From Planctomycetota bacterium (GTDB lineage: Bacteria > Planctomycetota > PLA2 > JAEUHO01), in the NCBI GenBank assembly GCA_050248855.1, contig JBFWRP010000032.1:1-48552 (forward strand): a DNA stretch of 48,552 bases. Reading direction: 5' to 3'. Positions 1 through 9,391 of the stretch are shown here, piece after piece. Each line of letters starts with the position of its first letter. The stretch's first letter is position 1. The notes under the pieces were generated by a model. That model searched no databases. It worked only from the letters and a program-made list of their open reading frames with translations, and had not been told where the DNA came from. A program made the position numbers and the translations under genes.

Positions 1-42
1 AAGCTGCTGATTGGGCTCGTAGGGCCGGAAGTACGGTTGCAT
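1..42 (-). CDS. IS1182-family transposase, N-terminal fragment (partial)
   Basis: Hand translation from ATG at 42: MQPYFRPYEPNQQL, the typical FRPY.P.Q.LL N-terminus of IS1182 transposases. Only 14 codons are visible. Confidence 0.7.
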   Translation of the reverse strand, partial: MQPYFRPYEPNQQL

Positions 43-127
43 GCCCAATTTTGGACCGCACCTCGCCCAGGCCAAGGGAGAACTTCGCCAGAAACCCCGA
101 GCGCAGTTCTGTGGCGCAGACTCCTAG
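1..127 (-). mobile_element. Left end of an IS1182-family insertion sequence (continues off-window)
   Basis: Minus strand reads CTAG-GAGTCTGCGCC..., resembling IS1182 termini next to a CTAG target (ctag at 124-127), followed about 80 bp later by a transposase-like start. Confidence 0.75.
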
Positions 128-2329
128 TGGGGACGGCATCCACTCCGGCAGGTCCGCGACGGCGTCCCGCGCCGCCTGCGACACGGGAATCGACCACGAG
201 GCGAAGAAGGGCCCGAGGTTCTTGCCCACGGCGCGCGACATGCGCACCAGCCATTGGTCGCGCTTGGCGTCGTCGCTCGTGGGCTGCTCGGCCTTCGGCT
301 GCCGCTCGTACTCGGCGAACACCCTCTGGAAGGCTTCCCACCCGAAGGCCTCGCGGAGCTGGTCGTAGCAGATCAGGGCGATGAAGGGGTTGGCCTTCCA
401 CGTGCCGAACTGCGCGCCGCCTTCGCGGAACTTGGCAGCATTGCGGGCCATGTGCTCGGCCGACATCTCGCCGTGCCGCTCGCCCGCCGCGCACACCGTC
501 TCGAGCACGTAGAGCGAGTAGAGGTTGCACGTGACCTCGACCGTCCCGTCGAAGGTCCACGCAGGCCGCTGATGGTTGTGACCCATCTCGTGGAACATGC
601 CCCAGTCGCCCTTCGTGGAGAGCGTCGGCAGGTCCACGAACCGCGGGGCTGCATCGAGGTGCGTCATGATCGGGTAGCCCGAGTGCATGTACCCGACCGA
701 GATCTGCTCGTCGGTCACGTAGCGCTCGGGGCGCTTGCGTTCGCGCGGGATCTGCGAGAGGTCCGCACAGGCGTCCATCACGCGGTCCCACCACGTCATG
801 AGGGCCTGCGGATCATCGAGCCTACGGACGTGGCTCGACGGCACCGTGAGGATCACCTTGGTGCCTTCGAGCTCGGCCCAGGGTCCCGGGGCGTCCCGGA
901 TCGACTTCTTCCAGTCCTCGAGCGTCGTCTGGCCCAGCACGAAGCGCGGCGCCTCGACCGCGCCACTGATTTCCAGCGTGAGCGAGCCCGCCGCCGCCTT
1001 GTCGGGGACGACCACGTACACCAGCCCACCGAACGCGTTGGCGGCTTCGCCGCCCTTCTCGTCGAGGGGAAACGTGCGCGTGATCTCCGGCGCCCGGTCC
1101 CACGCCGGCTTGTCCCACAGCCTGTCGCTGTGCGCGCCGATGCGCAGCGCCAGCTGGGGTGGAGCCGTGCCCTCGACGATGTGCACGTGCACCAGCTCGC
1201 CGGGTGGCGCGTAGAGCCCCGTGCCATGCCAGTCGGGTACGGACAGGTCGATCGTGACCCTGCGCGTGACCGGCTTGGCACGCTTGGGCACCGCGCCGGG
1301 GAACACGTCGGCCGCCGGATGGGCTCTCACGTCGCGCGGCTCGGTCTCGAGGCCCAGCAGCACCTCGCGCGCCAGCTCCAGCCGGGCCAAGGGTTCGCTC
1401 CGGTCGATGGGGGCGTCGTGGCGCGGCACGCGAGCGCGCGAGCGACTGCTCTTCACCCATCGGTCCAGCTTGGGCAGGATCCAGCGGTCATCCGGCGGTA
1501 GGTCGCGCAGCGCTCGAGTCGCGGTGGCCAGCGCCAAGGCCTTCTCGGCGTCGGTCGCCTTCGAGCGCTTGTCGACGATCTCCTCGACGGCCACGCCCGC
1601 GTGGGTCAGTCGCGGTGCCGGGCCCTCCACCGGGACGAGGCCGCTGCCCTCCGTGAAGCCCGCGCCCCAGACCAGGCCGTAGGGCGCCAGCAGTCGATTG
1701 CCCGCGTGCTCCGTGCGCAAGTCCTTGCCGGGGTTCAGCTGCTCCCAGCCCCAGCCGGGGCCGCCGGACACGATGCCCAGACCGTCCGCCAAGCGCTCGC
1801 GTAGCTCGGCAATCTCCTCGTCGCCCATCTCCGGGAGCGAGACGACGAGCACATCCACATCGTCAAGGCCCTTCATCCAGGCAGGGCCGTCCAGCGCCAC
1901 GACTTGGAAGCGGTCCTTGGGCAGGTGCTTGGCCAAGGCGTTGCGGCCGCGCGCGCCGACGCGAACGATCGTGCGCGGCTTCCCCGCCGCCCAGCTGAGG
2001 GTGTTGGCCACGAAGCGCGCCGTATCGCCCTGGGCCAGTGCATCGCCGGTGTACGTGTGGCCGAACGCCACCGCACGACCCTTGCCCTCGCGCACTGCCG
2101 CCACCATCGGAGCCGGGTCTCCACCGCACGGCATGGCCACGATGGGGAAGGCGTTCGGCCCGTACACGCACAGCGTGCCCGGGATGCCCGGCCGCGCGAT
2201 CGTCTTCACGCCCTCGAGCATCTCGGTGGCCTCTTCGGCGGGCTCGCGGGCCTCGACTGGGCGCAAGGGGGCCGCGCCCAACTCCGCGACGAGCACCGCG
2301 AGGAGGAGAGCGCGAATCAGTTGGGCCAC
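2..2329 (-). CDS. Secreted M60-family (TCAF/enhancin-like) zinc metallopeptidase; frame runs into the IS1182 end and off-window
   Basis: Not in the ORF track because there is no in-window stop. Hand translation: GTG start and signal-like VAQLIRALLLAVLVA; PERYVTDEQISVGYMHSGYPIM; GDWGMFHEMGHNHQ (HExxH at 578-592); EVTCNLYS; ends ...LPEWMPSP at about 128. Confidence 0.88.
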   Translation of the reverse strand, partial: MAQLIRALLLAVLVAELGAAPLRPVEAREPAEEATEMLEGVKTIARPGIPGTLCVYGPNAFPIVAMPCGGDPAPMVAAVREGKGRAVAFGHTYTGDALAQGDTARFVANTLSWAAGKPRTIVRVGARGRNALAKHLPKDRFQVVALDGPAWMKGLDDVDVLVVSLPEMGDEEIAELRERLADGLGIVSGGPGWGWEQLNPGKDLRTEHAGNRLLAPYGLVWGAGFTEGSGLVPVEGPAPRLTHAGVAVEEIVDKRSKATDAEKALALATATRALRDLPPDDRWILPKLDRWVKSSRSRARVPRHDAPIDRSEPLARLELAREVLLGLETEPRDVRAHPAADVFPGAVPKRAKPVTRRVTIDLSVPDWHGTGLYAPPGELVHVHIVEGTAPPQLALRIGAHSDRLWDKPAWDRAPEITRTFPLDEKGGEAANAFGGLVYVVVPDKAAAGSLTLEISGAVEAPRFVLGQTTLEDWKKSIRDAPGPWAELEGTKVILTVPSSHVRRLDDPQALMTWWDRVMDACADLSQIPRERKRPERYVTDEQISVGYMHSGYPIMTHLDAAPRFVDLPTLSTKGDWGMFHEMGHNHQRPAWTFDGTVEVTCNLYSLYVLETVCAAGERHGEMSAEHMARNAAKFREGGAQFGTWKANPFIALICYDQLREAFGWEAFQRVFAEYERQPKAEQPTSDDAKRDQWLVRMSRAVGKNLGPFFASWSIPVSQAARDAVADLPEWMPSPLGVCATELRSGFLAKFSLGLGEVRSKIGHATVLPALRAQSAA

Positions 2330-3027
2330 TCGACGAGCTTCTCCTTGACGCCCAGGTCGGGACGGGAACGCAGGTCCCAGCCCTTGTCGGCGACGATCAC
2401 GAGGCCGCCGGCCTCGGTGCCCTCGAGGCGACCCTTGACGACGACGAAGTCCAGGACCCGGAGGCCCAGCTTGTCGGCCTCGATCGGGTTGCCGTCGGCA
2501 TCGCGAAGCTCGACGGCCATCGTTCCGCTGCGCACGGCGTCCGGGTCCTCGCAGCAGTAGTCCCAGGGCGTGTCGCAGCCGCAGTCGTGGTCGCGACCGC
2601 ACCATTTGAGCGAGTCGTCGATCAGCTTGAAGGCAGCGAAGCCCTGCACGATCTCCTTCACGCGGCCAGCCACCACGACGTCATCGCCGGCCTTGCCCTC
2701 GCGGGCCTGCACCACGCTCTTGGGCGCGTCGGCAGGGATCTCGATCTCGTAGGGGCCCTTGTCGGTGACGACGAGCTCCTTGGCGGCAGGCGGGGTCTCC
2801 TTGGGCGTGTCCATCCTGAAGTGGGTGGCGAGACCCTTGTTCCGTTCGGGGGCTTCGGCGGTGGTGGATTCCCCGGCAGGTGGTGTCGGGGCCGGCGTCG
2901 GGTCCGCCGCGGGCGGTGTCGACGAAGGTTCCTGCGATGCCGGCGTGAAAGACGGCTTGGGTTCGTCGCCACACGCGACGAACGCGAGGGCGAGCGCGAC
3001 AGGCAGAAGACGGATGGTGGGGTGCAT
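2317..3027 (-). CDS. Cys-rich lipoprotein with probable OB-fold-like domain
   Basis: Lipobox-like ALAFVAC, Pro-rich linker, motif KWCGRDHDCGCDTPWDYCCED; TGATG coupling to the upstream permease. Confidence 0.8.
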   Translation of the reverse strand: MHPTIRLLPVALALAFVACGDEPKPSFTPASQEPSSTPPAADPTPAPTPPAGESTTAEAPERNKGLATHFRMDTPKETPPAAKELVVTDKGPYEIEIPADAPKSVVQAREGKAGDDVVVAGRVKEIVQGFAAFKLIDDSLKWCGRDHDCGCDTPWDYCCEDPDAVRSGTMAVELRDADGNPIEADKLGLRVLDFVVVKGRLEGTEAGGLVIVADKGWDLRSRPDLGVKEKLVEWPN

Positions 3028-4169
3028 CAGACGCGACCTCCAAGGGCCTCGGGCAGGGACATGCGAACGGCGCGAAGCGCAGGCAAGAGCCCACCGATCA
3101 CGCCAGCCCCCAGCGCGGCGGCGAGACCGAGCATCCTCACGCCGGGGGACAGGTCGAGGAAGAACGCGCCCATCGGGAAGCGCACGGGCACGGCATCGAA
3201 GCGACCCGCCAGCGCGAAGCCGATCAGGCCGCCCAGCGCCGCCACGAGGACCGCCTCCGCCAGCAGGGCCAGGACGATCGACACCGAGCCGAAGCCCAGC
3301 GAGCGGAGCGTGCCCAGCTCGCGTGTCCGGGCCAGCACTGCGGCGAACATGGCGTTGGCGCAGGCGAACGAGCCGCCCAGGAGCACGAGCAGGGCCATCA
3401 CCCACAGCAGCCCCGTGATGGGCGAGAGCGTGCGCTCGAGCGTGGCGTAGAGCTCCTTCTCCTCCACGAGCGACACCTCGAAGGCCGTCGCGTTGCGCGC
3501 GGCCCACAGCCGCACCGCAGGGATCTTCTTGGGTGACTCCAAGCGCGCCACGACGCACGACACGTCCACGCGGTTGTTGGCCAGGAGCACGTCGTCGAGG
3601 CGGCCCCAGAGCTCGGCCTCGATCACGGTGCCCGGCGCCGCGAAGCGGCCGACGATGGTCCAGGGACGGTTCTCGAGCGTGATCGTCTTGCCCACGGCGA
3701 GTTCGGCGGCGTCTTGGCCCAAGCGCACGTGGGCCAGGCGGCCGGCGAGCAGCTCGTAGGGTGCCGTGGGCTCGCGGCCCTCGACCAACGTGACGCGGTC
3801 GTGCACGAGGAAGGCGGCCGGCGTCACGCCGCGGAGGAGCCCGACGTCGTTGCCGCGACGGGTGGCGGCGTGGATCTCCACCGACACGCAGCGTGCGTCG
3901 CCCACGCGCTTGGCGCCGGGCAAGCTGGCGGCCGCGGCGTCGGCAGCGCCCCGGGGAATCGCGCTGCGCACCATGTCGTGCTCGCCCGTGGTGCCTACGA
4001 GGTAGATCACCTCGCCGGAGAGCGCCCCCTCGGCCGTCTCGTCGAGACCGCGGGCAAACCCGGCCATCAGCACCACGAGCAGCGTGGTCAGGGCGAAGCC
4101 GGCGATCGTGAGCGCCGTGCGGCCCTTGAGGCGCCAGAGGTTGCGCAGCGGGTAGCCGAGCGGCAGCAC
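3027..4169 (-). CDS. ABC transporter permease, MacB/FtsX family
   Basis: RNLWR..GRTALT N-terminus, periplasmic domain, RTRELGTLRSLGF motif, C-terminal LPALRA. Confidence 0.9.
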   Translation of the reverse strand: MLPLGYPLRNLWRLKGRTALTIAGFALTTLLVVLMAGFARGLDETAEGALSGEVIYLVGTTGEHDMVRSAIPRGAADAAAASLPGAKRVGDARCVSVEIHAATRRGNDVGLLRGVTPAAFLVHDRVTLVEGREPTAPYELLAGRLAHVRLGQDAAELAVGKTITLENRPWTIVGRFAAPGTVIEAELWGRLDDVLLANNRVDVSCVVARLESPKKIPAVRLWAARNATAFEVSLVEEKELYATLERTLSPITGLLWVMALLVLLGGSFACANAMFAAVLARTRELGTLRSLGFGSVSIVLALLAEAVLVAALGGLIGFALAGRFDAVPVRFPMGAFFLDLSPGVRMLGLAAALGAGVIGGLLPALRAVRMSLPEALGGRV

Positions 4170-4170
4170 G

Positions 4171-5313
4171 TCAGGCCTCCTTCACCGCCGTGGCCAGCGG
4201 GCGCCGGAGCAAGCCCACGATCGAGCCGGCGCTGGCCACGAGGCCGATGCCGATGGCCACCAGCGCCACGATCCAGGCCGTGGAGCGCGTAGGCGCGATG
4301 TCGATGCCCCAGCCCTCGATACCGAGCGTCAACGGGTGCAGCGTGAGCCAGACGGCCACGGCGCCGGCGCCGAGCAGCGCACCGAAGAGGCTCAGCACCA
4401 CGCCCTCGGTGGCCAGCAGCGCGGCCAGGAGCCCGCGCGAGGCGCCCACGGTCTCCATCGTGCCGAGCTCGGCGCGACGCGTCCACGCGCTGATCGACAC
4501 GGTGTTGCCGAGCACCAAGACCACGACCGCCACGGCCAGCACGCCGAGCAGGCGCGCGAAGTGGACGATCTCGGACACCTCGCCGACCGCGGCCTGGACG
4601 AAGGCCTGCATGGACTTGGTCTCGGTCGGTTGCTCCGCGGTCCGGAACTTCTCGTCGATGGCGGCCGCCACGGCCGTGGGGTCCGTGCCCGGTGTCACGC
4701 GCACGAAGAACTCGGTGGCGATGCCCTGCTGCTTGCGCGCGCGTTGCAGCTGCTCCATGCGCACGAAGGCGATGTTGTCCACACCCGAGCCTTCGCCCTC
4801 GACGATGGCCTTGACCTCGACGTCCACCATGGAGAGACGCACGCGGTCGCCCACCTTGATGTTGCGACGCCCCGCCAGCCGCTTGCCCACCAGCGCGCCG
4901 TCGGAGCTGGCTTGCCAGCTGGCGATGTCGCCGTCGAGCACCGTCATGTCGTGGATGGCCTCGACACGCTTCGGGTCGACGCCGTGGATCGTCACCAAGT
5001 CCAGGTTGCTCTTGCAGGCGTTGATGTAGAGCAGCGTCGGCAAGACTTCCTCGACGCCGGGGGTATCGCGGATCTCCTGCTCGTAGCGCATGGGCAGGAG
5101 CGAGGTCAGCGGGCAGAAGCGGCTCGACTGGAACACGACCAGGATCGGTTCGCCCGTGGCCTGCCCCAGGCGGTGTACGCCTTGGTCCAAGAGCAGCACG
5201 AAGGTGAAGAGGCCCAGGGCGAGCGCGGTGCCCAGCACGGTGAGGGCCGAGCGCAGGCGGGCACGAAGGACCGTGCGTCGCACGTAGCGGAGCAGTCGCA
5301 GGAAGCGGCTCAT
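4171..5313 (-). CDS. ABC transporter permease, MacB/FtsX family (periplasmic Cys pair)
   Basis: Start MSRFLRLLRYVRR; RSALTVLG; RRAELGTMETVG; FCPLTS and NACKS in the periplasmic domain. Confidence 0.9.
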   Translation of the reverse strand: MSRFLRLLRYVRRTVLRARLRSALTVLGTALALGLFTFVLLLDQGVHRLGQATGEPILVVFQSSRFCPLTSLLPMRYEQEIRDTPGVEEVLPTLLYINACKSNLDLVTIHGVDPKRVEAIHDMTVLDGDIASWQASSDGALVGKRLAGRRNIKVGDRVRLSMVDVEVKAIVEGEGSGVDNIAFVRMEQLQRARKQQGIATEFFVRVTPGTDPTAVAAAIDEKFRTAEQPTETKSMQAFVQAAVGEVSEIVHFARLLGVLAVAVVVLVLGNTVSISAWTRRAELGTMETVGASRGLLAALLATEGVVLSLFGALLGAGAVAVWLTLHPLTLGIEGWGIDIAPTRSTAWIVALVAIGIGLVASAGSIVGLLRRPLATAVKEA

Positions 5314-6026
5314 GACGCGGCCTCCACGAGCGGCGCGTTGCGCTCGTCGGACGTGATGCGCCCCTTGTCCAGGTGCACGACGCGCGAGGCCACGGCCGCG
5401 GCGCGCGGATCGTGCGTGACCATCAGCAGCGTCCAGCCGAAACGCTGGTGCAACGTGGTCAACAGGTCCAGCACGGCGGCGGCGGCCTTGGCGTCCAGGT
5501 TGCCCGTGGGTTCGTCGGCCAAGAGCAGCGTGGGGCCCGCCACGATGGCCCGCGCGATGGCCGTGCGCTGCTGCTGGCCGCCGCTCATCTGCCGCGGCAG
5601 ATGGCCGGCACGGTCGGCGAGGCCGACGGCTTCGAGCGCCACGCCCACCTTGCGATCGCGCGTGGCGCGGTCGTCGCCGGAGAGCAACAACGGCAGCTCG
5701 ACGTTCTCCCACGCCGTGAGCACGGGCACGAGGTTGTACTGCTGGAAGACGTAGCCCACGTTTTCGTTGCGCCACGCGGCGAGCTTGCGCGCCGACAGGC
5801 TGCCCACGTCGACGTTGCCCACGCGGACATGGCCCGAGGTGGCGCGATCGATGCCCGCGATCAGGTGCAGGAGCGTGGTCTTGCCGCTGCCGCTCGGGCC
5901 CATGAGCGCCACGAAGTCACCGCGTTCGACCACGAGATCCAGATCCTCGAGCGGTGTGACGTCCTCGCCCTTGGAAGGGAACGTCTTCGTCACGCGCTCG
6001 ACGCGTACCAAGAGGTCTCGGCTCAT
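5310..6026 (-). CDS. ABC transporter ATP-binding protein (LolD/MacB type)
   Basis: Walker A GPSGSGKT, MSGGQQQR signature, LLADEPTGNLD, VTHD. Confidence 0.95.
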   Translation of the reverse strand: MSRDLLVRVERVTKTFPSKGEDVTPLEDLDLVVERGDFVALMGPSGSGKTTLLHLIAGIDRATSGHVRVGNVDVGSLSARKLAAWRNENVGYVFQQYNLVPVLTAWENVELPLLLSGDDRATRDRKVGVALEAVGLADRAGHLPRQMSGGQQQRTAIARAIVAGPTLLLADEPTGNLDAKAAAAVLDLLTTLHQRFGWTLLMVTHDPRAAAVASRVVHLDKGRITSDERNAPLVEAAS

Positions 6027-7576
6027 GAGGATGCCTCCACGCGCGTGCCGTCGTCCAGGCCCTGGGGTCGGCGGATCACCTTGCTCGAGTGGCCGAGCGG
6101 GCCGGCGACGCGCGTGCGGCCGTCGCGCGTCTCCAGGGGCTCCACGGAGACGCGCCGCGCCGTGCGCGCGGCCGGGTCGTGCACGAACACCGCGCCGTCC
6201 ACGACCGCGTCGGCAGGTACCCACCACGTGGCGACCGTCGGCTCCTGCGCGGCTTCGGGGGCCGTCGATGCCGTGGCCTTCACGTCGAAGCGCGCGCGGC
6301 AGAGCATCTCGGGCACGACCGACTCGGGAGGAGCCTCCAGGGCCACCTTCACCTGCAGGGTGTTCTTGTTGAGGTCGGCTTCGCGGACCAGCCGCGACAC
6401 CGTCCCGGCGATCGCGCGCTTCGTGATGCCCTCCACGCTGATCTCGACCTCCGTGCCGGGGACGATGCCGCCGACCGAAGCCGTTGGCACGTCGATGCGC
6501 GCCTGCAGCTGGTGGGGCACGTAGAGAACGCAGAGCGTGCCGCTCATGCGGTTGAGCGTGCCGCTGGCGCTGGGCTCGCCCATCTCCTTGAAGTCGCCCT
6601 GGGGGCCGACCAGCGCGCCGGGCGCGGCCTCCAGGCGCAGCACGCGTCCGTCCGCAGGCGCGCGGACCTCGAGGTGCGCGACGTTGCTCGCCGCTACCTG
6701 CTGCCGGGCCTCGGCCTCCTTCGTGCGCGCTTCGGCGGCGGCCAGGGCGGCTCCGGCGCGTGTCACCTCCCCCTCGGCGTCACGGGGGTCGTCCACGCCT
6801 TCACGCGCCAGCTCGTGTACGCCCTGCAGCGTCTTGTGCGCCGCACGGGCCCGCAGCAGGCCGGCTTGCGCATCGCGGACGCGGGCCTCGGCTTCGTGCA
6901 GCTTGGCCTCGGCACGCGCGAGGGCGACGGGGAGCCCGCTGCCGCCGTCGAGCAAGCGCTGCTGCGCATCGACATCGACGCGTGCCGCCGCCAGCGAGGC
7001 CTGCGCGACGCGGACCATCTCCTCGGCCGCACGCACGGACGCGTCGGCCTCCTCGACCCGGCCCGCCAGCTCGGTGAGGCGCGAGCGCTCCACCAGCAGC
7101 TGTTCGCGAAGCGAGCGGGCGACCTCGAGGCGCGCACGCGCCTCGCCCTCTGCCGCGCGCATCGCGTCGAGCGCGGCGGCGGCCAGCACGGCCTCGTTCT
7201 CGAGGTCGAGGTTGCGCAGGGTGGCGATCACGGTCTTCTGGGCCACGACTTCGTCGCCTTCCACGACCTCCATCGTGTCGACGATGCCGGGCACGAGAGG
7301 GCGGACGCTGATGGGCCAAGGTGCGGCCTCGATCCAGCCTTGGGCCTCGACGACGCCGGCGCGGCCGGCGGTGGAGCTGGCCGCTTCGCCCGCCTCGACC
7401 TGCGCGACCTCGACCTGCCGCGGCGGGAAGAGGATGGGCTTCAGCGCCACCCAGGCGACGGCCAGCACGCCGAGGACGAGCACGAGCACGGTGAGGCGCG
7501 CGCCGCGTCGGGCCGGGGGCCGTGCCACCGGCGCCGAGCGCTGCAGGATGTCGAGGCGATCGTCGGACGAGCTCAT
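6023..7576 (-). CDS. Efflux periplasmic adaptor (membrane fusion protein)
   Basis: N-terminal TM, VEAQGWIEA, long coiled coil, VRAPADGRV lipoyl half, PEMLCRARF; ATGA overlaps with both neighbours. Confidence 0.88.
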   Translation of the reverse strand: MSSSDDRLDILQRSAPVARPPARRGARLTVLVLVLGVLAVAWVALKPILFPPRQVEVAQVEAGEAASSTAGRAGVVEAQGWIEAAPWPISVRPLVPGIVDTMEVVEGDEVVAQKTVIATLRNLDLENEAVLAAAALDAMRAAEGEARARLEVARSLREQLLVERSRLTELAGRVEEADASVRAAEEMVRVAQASLAAARVDVDAQQRLLDGGSGLPVALARAEAKLHEAEARVRDAQAGLLRARAAHKTLQGVHELAREGVDDPRDAEGEVTRAGAALAAAEARTKEAEARQQVAASNVAHLEVRAPADGRVLRLEAAPGALVGPQGDFKEMGEPSASGTLNRMSGTLCVLYVPHQLQARIDVPTASVGGIVPGTEVEISVEGITKRAIAGTVSRLVREADLNKNTLQVKVALEAPPESVVPEMLCRARFDVKATASTAPEAAQEPTVATWWVPADAVVDGAVFVHDPAARTARRVSVEPLETRDGRTRVAGPLGHSSKVIRRPQGLDDGTRVEASS

Positions 7577-8847
7577 CGGAGCACCTCCAGGTCCTGCGGC
7601 GAGGGCCATCCGGCGGCGACCGCGGCGCGGACGCGGGCGCGGGCCGCGGCCACGCGGCTCTCGCGTTCGGCGCGCGCGAGCGTCGCGCGGCGGCCTTGCA
7701 CCTCGACCCACGCCGACAGGGCGTCGGGCGTGGTGTCCAGCCGCGCGCGTTCGGCCGTCACGACGGCATCCACCGTGCGCAGGTCCGCAACGACGCCGCG
7801 CACGCGGGCTTCGGCGGCCTCGGCATCGCGTGCCGCGGCAGCGGTCTCCGCCAACGCCGCGTGCACGCCCTCGTCCAGGCGCTTGGCGACGGCATCGCGT
7901 CGCTTGCGGGCGACGGCCACCTTGCGCGGTGCATCGAGCGGGATCGAGAGGCCGATCGTCTGGAGCGGGGTCGAGGGGTCGATCCCTTGACCCAGCCGCA
8001 GCATCAGGTCGGGCCACTGCTGTTGGGCAGCCACGCGGAGCGCGCGCTCGGCCACCGTCACGGCCGCGAGACGACGCAGGAGATCACCGCGCGCCAGCAC
8101 GGGGGCGTCCTCGCTGCCCGCGGCTACGGGCGGCCAGGGCCCGGTGGGAGCTACCGGCACCACGTGATCGTCGGGGATCGAGCCGACGAGCACGCTGATG
8201 GCCTCGCGCGCGCGGCGCATCTCGATGGCGCGCAGCGCGGCCTCGACCTCCAACGCCTCGGCCACGCCGGCAGCGGCCTCGTCGAGCGCGTCGCTGGCCA
8301 AGCCGGCTTCGCGCCAGACGCCCATGTCCGGCGCCGCCGGCAACGCGGGCAGGGCCTCGAGCGCGGCATGCACGGCGTATGCCTCGGCCAGCTCGCCGAC
8401 GCGAGCGCGCGCCCGCTCGTGGACGCGCAGACAGGCTTCCTCGCGAAGCGCGCGGGCCAACGCGATCTGCGCCCCGCGCGGGCCCAACCCCAGGAGCGCC
8501 AACACCTCGGTGCCGAGCATGACCTCGGCGACCTCGCCGTCGCGGACCTTGGCTTCGGCGTCGATGCGCACGCGCGCGGGATCGGGATCGATGGCCGCGG
8601 CCTCGGCGCGTAGCGCGATCAGCTCGGGGTGCCGCGCGACCAGGTGCCGTACTGCGGCGTCGAAGGCCAGCTCGCCTTGCGGAGGCGGAGGCAACGACGC
8701 ACGTACGCTCGCCGGCGTCACGCCGAGTGGGCGCAGCGCGCCGTGCGCCGGTGAGCGCGCGCACGCCGGCAGGGCGAGCAGCGCCACCAGCCAGCCGGCC
8801 GCCCACGCAGGCGGGACCCCTTGAGGTCGGAAGCTGAGGGAATGCAC
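7573..8847 (-). CDS. TolC-family outer-membrane channel (lipoprotein-like N-terminus)
   Basis: GTG start with GGAG RBS; LALPAC; HPELIALRA; QQWPDLMLRLG; IGLSIPL; Ala-rich helices; precedes the MFP gene. Confidence 0.75.
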   Translation of the reverse strand: MHSLSFRPQGVPPAWAAGWLVALLALPACARSPAHGALRPLGVTPASVRASLPPPPQGELAFDAAVRHLVARHPELIALRAEAAAIDPDPARVRIDAEAKVRDGEVAEVMLGTEVLALLGLGPRGAQIALARALREEACLRVHERARARVGELAEAYAVHAALEALPALPAAPDMGVWREAGLASDALDEAAAGVAEALEVEAALRAIEMRRAREAISVLVGSIPDDHVVPVAPTGPWPPVAAGSEDAPVLARGDLLRRLAAVTVAERALRVAAQQQWPDLMLRLGQGIDPSTPLQTIGLSIPLDAPRKVAVARKRRDAVAKRLDEGVHAALAETAAAARDAEAAEARVRGVVADLRTVDAVVTAERARLDTTPDALSAWVEVQGRRATLARAERESRVAAARARVRAAVAAGWPSPQDLEVLR

Positions 8848-8920
8848 GACGGATCTCCACGACGGGTTCGAACACGAACACCCGGACGCCCACGCTGCGG
8901 GCGTCACGGTCGTGGAGAGC

Positions 8921-9373
8921 TCAGTTGCGCAGGACGACGCCCCGACGGGCCTCGTCCGGGGGCCGTGGCCCCGGTGGTCCCTCGTCGTGGTGGGTGTCGA
9001 TGGCTTGGGGCCCGACCAGCGTCAGCTCGGCCGGGATCAGCAGCGGGATCGCGAGCGCGAGGGTCGCCGGCGGCGCGAGGTCGATCGTGGTCTCGGGCGC
9101 CATGCCTTCGCCGTGCGCGCGGCGTGCGCACGGACAGCCGGGTGCGTCCGGTGTGGGTGTCGGCTCGTCGCCCTCGTGCGCCTGCTCCCGGTCGCAGTAG
9201 CGACAGCATGGGCAGCTGGCTTCGCCACGCGGCGCGTCCGTCGCGGCGCGTGTCGCGGCGTCGACGTCATGTACCGACGCGGCGAACCCCTGGGCCCACA
9301 CGCAGGGACACCCCATGGCCGCGACGACCAGGAGGGCCACGAGGGCGAAGACGGGGGCGCGAGCGGGACGCAT
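8921..9373 (-). CDS. Small exported Cys/His/Pro-rich protein (DUF2946/CruR-like leader candidate)
   Basis: Signal-like N-terminus, CPC, CPCCRYC and CPC motifs, C-terminal HHDEGPPGPRPP; directly upstream of the export operon. Confidence 0.6.
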   Translation of the reverse strand: MRPARAPVFALVALLVVAAMGCPCVWAQGFAASVHDVDAATRAATDAPRGEASCPCCRYCDREQAHEGDEPTPTPDAPGCPCARRAHGEGMAPETTIDLAPPATLALAIPLLIPAELTLVGPQAIDTHHDEGPPGPRPPDEARRGVVLRN

Positions 9374-9391
9374 CCGCCCCCGAGCATACCC

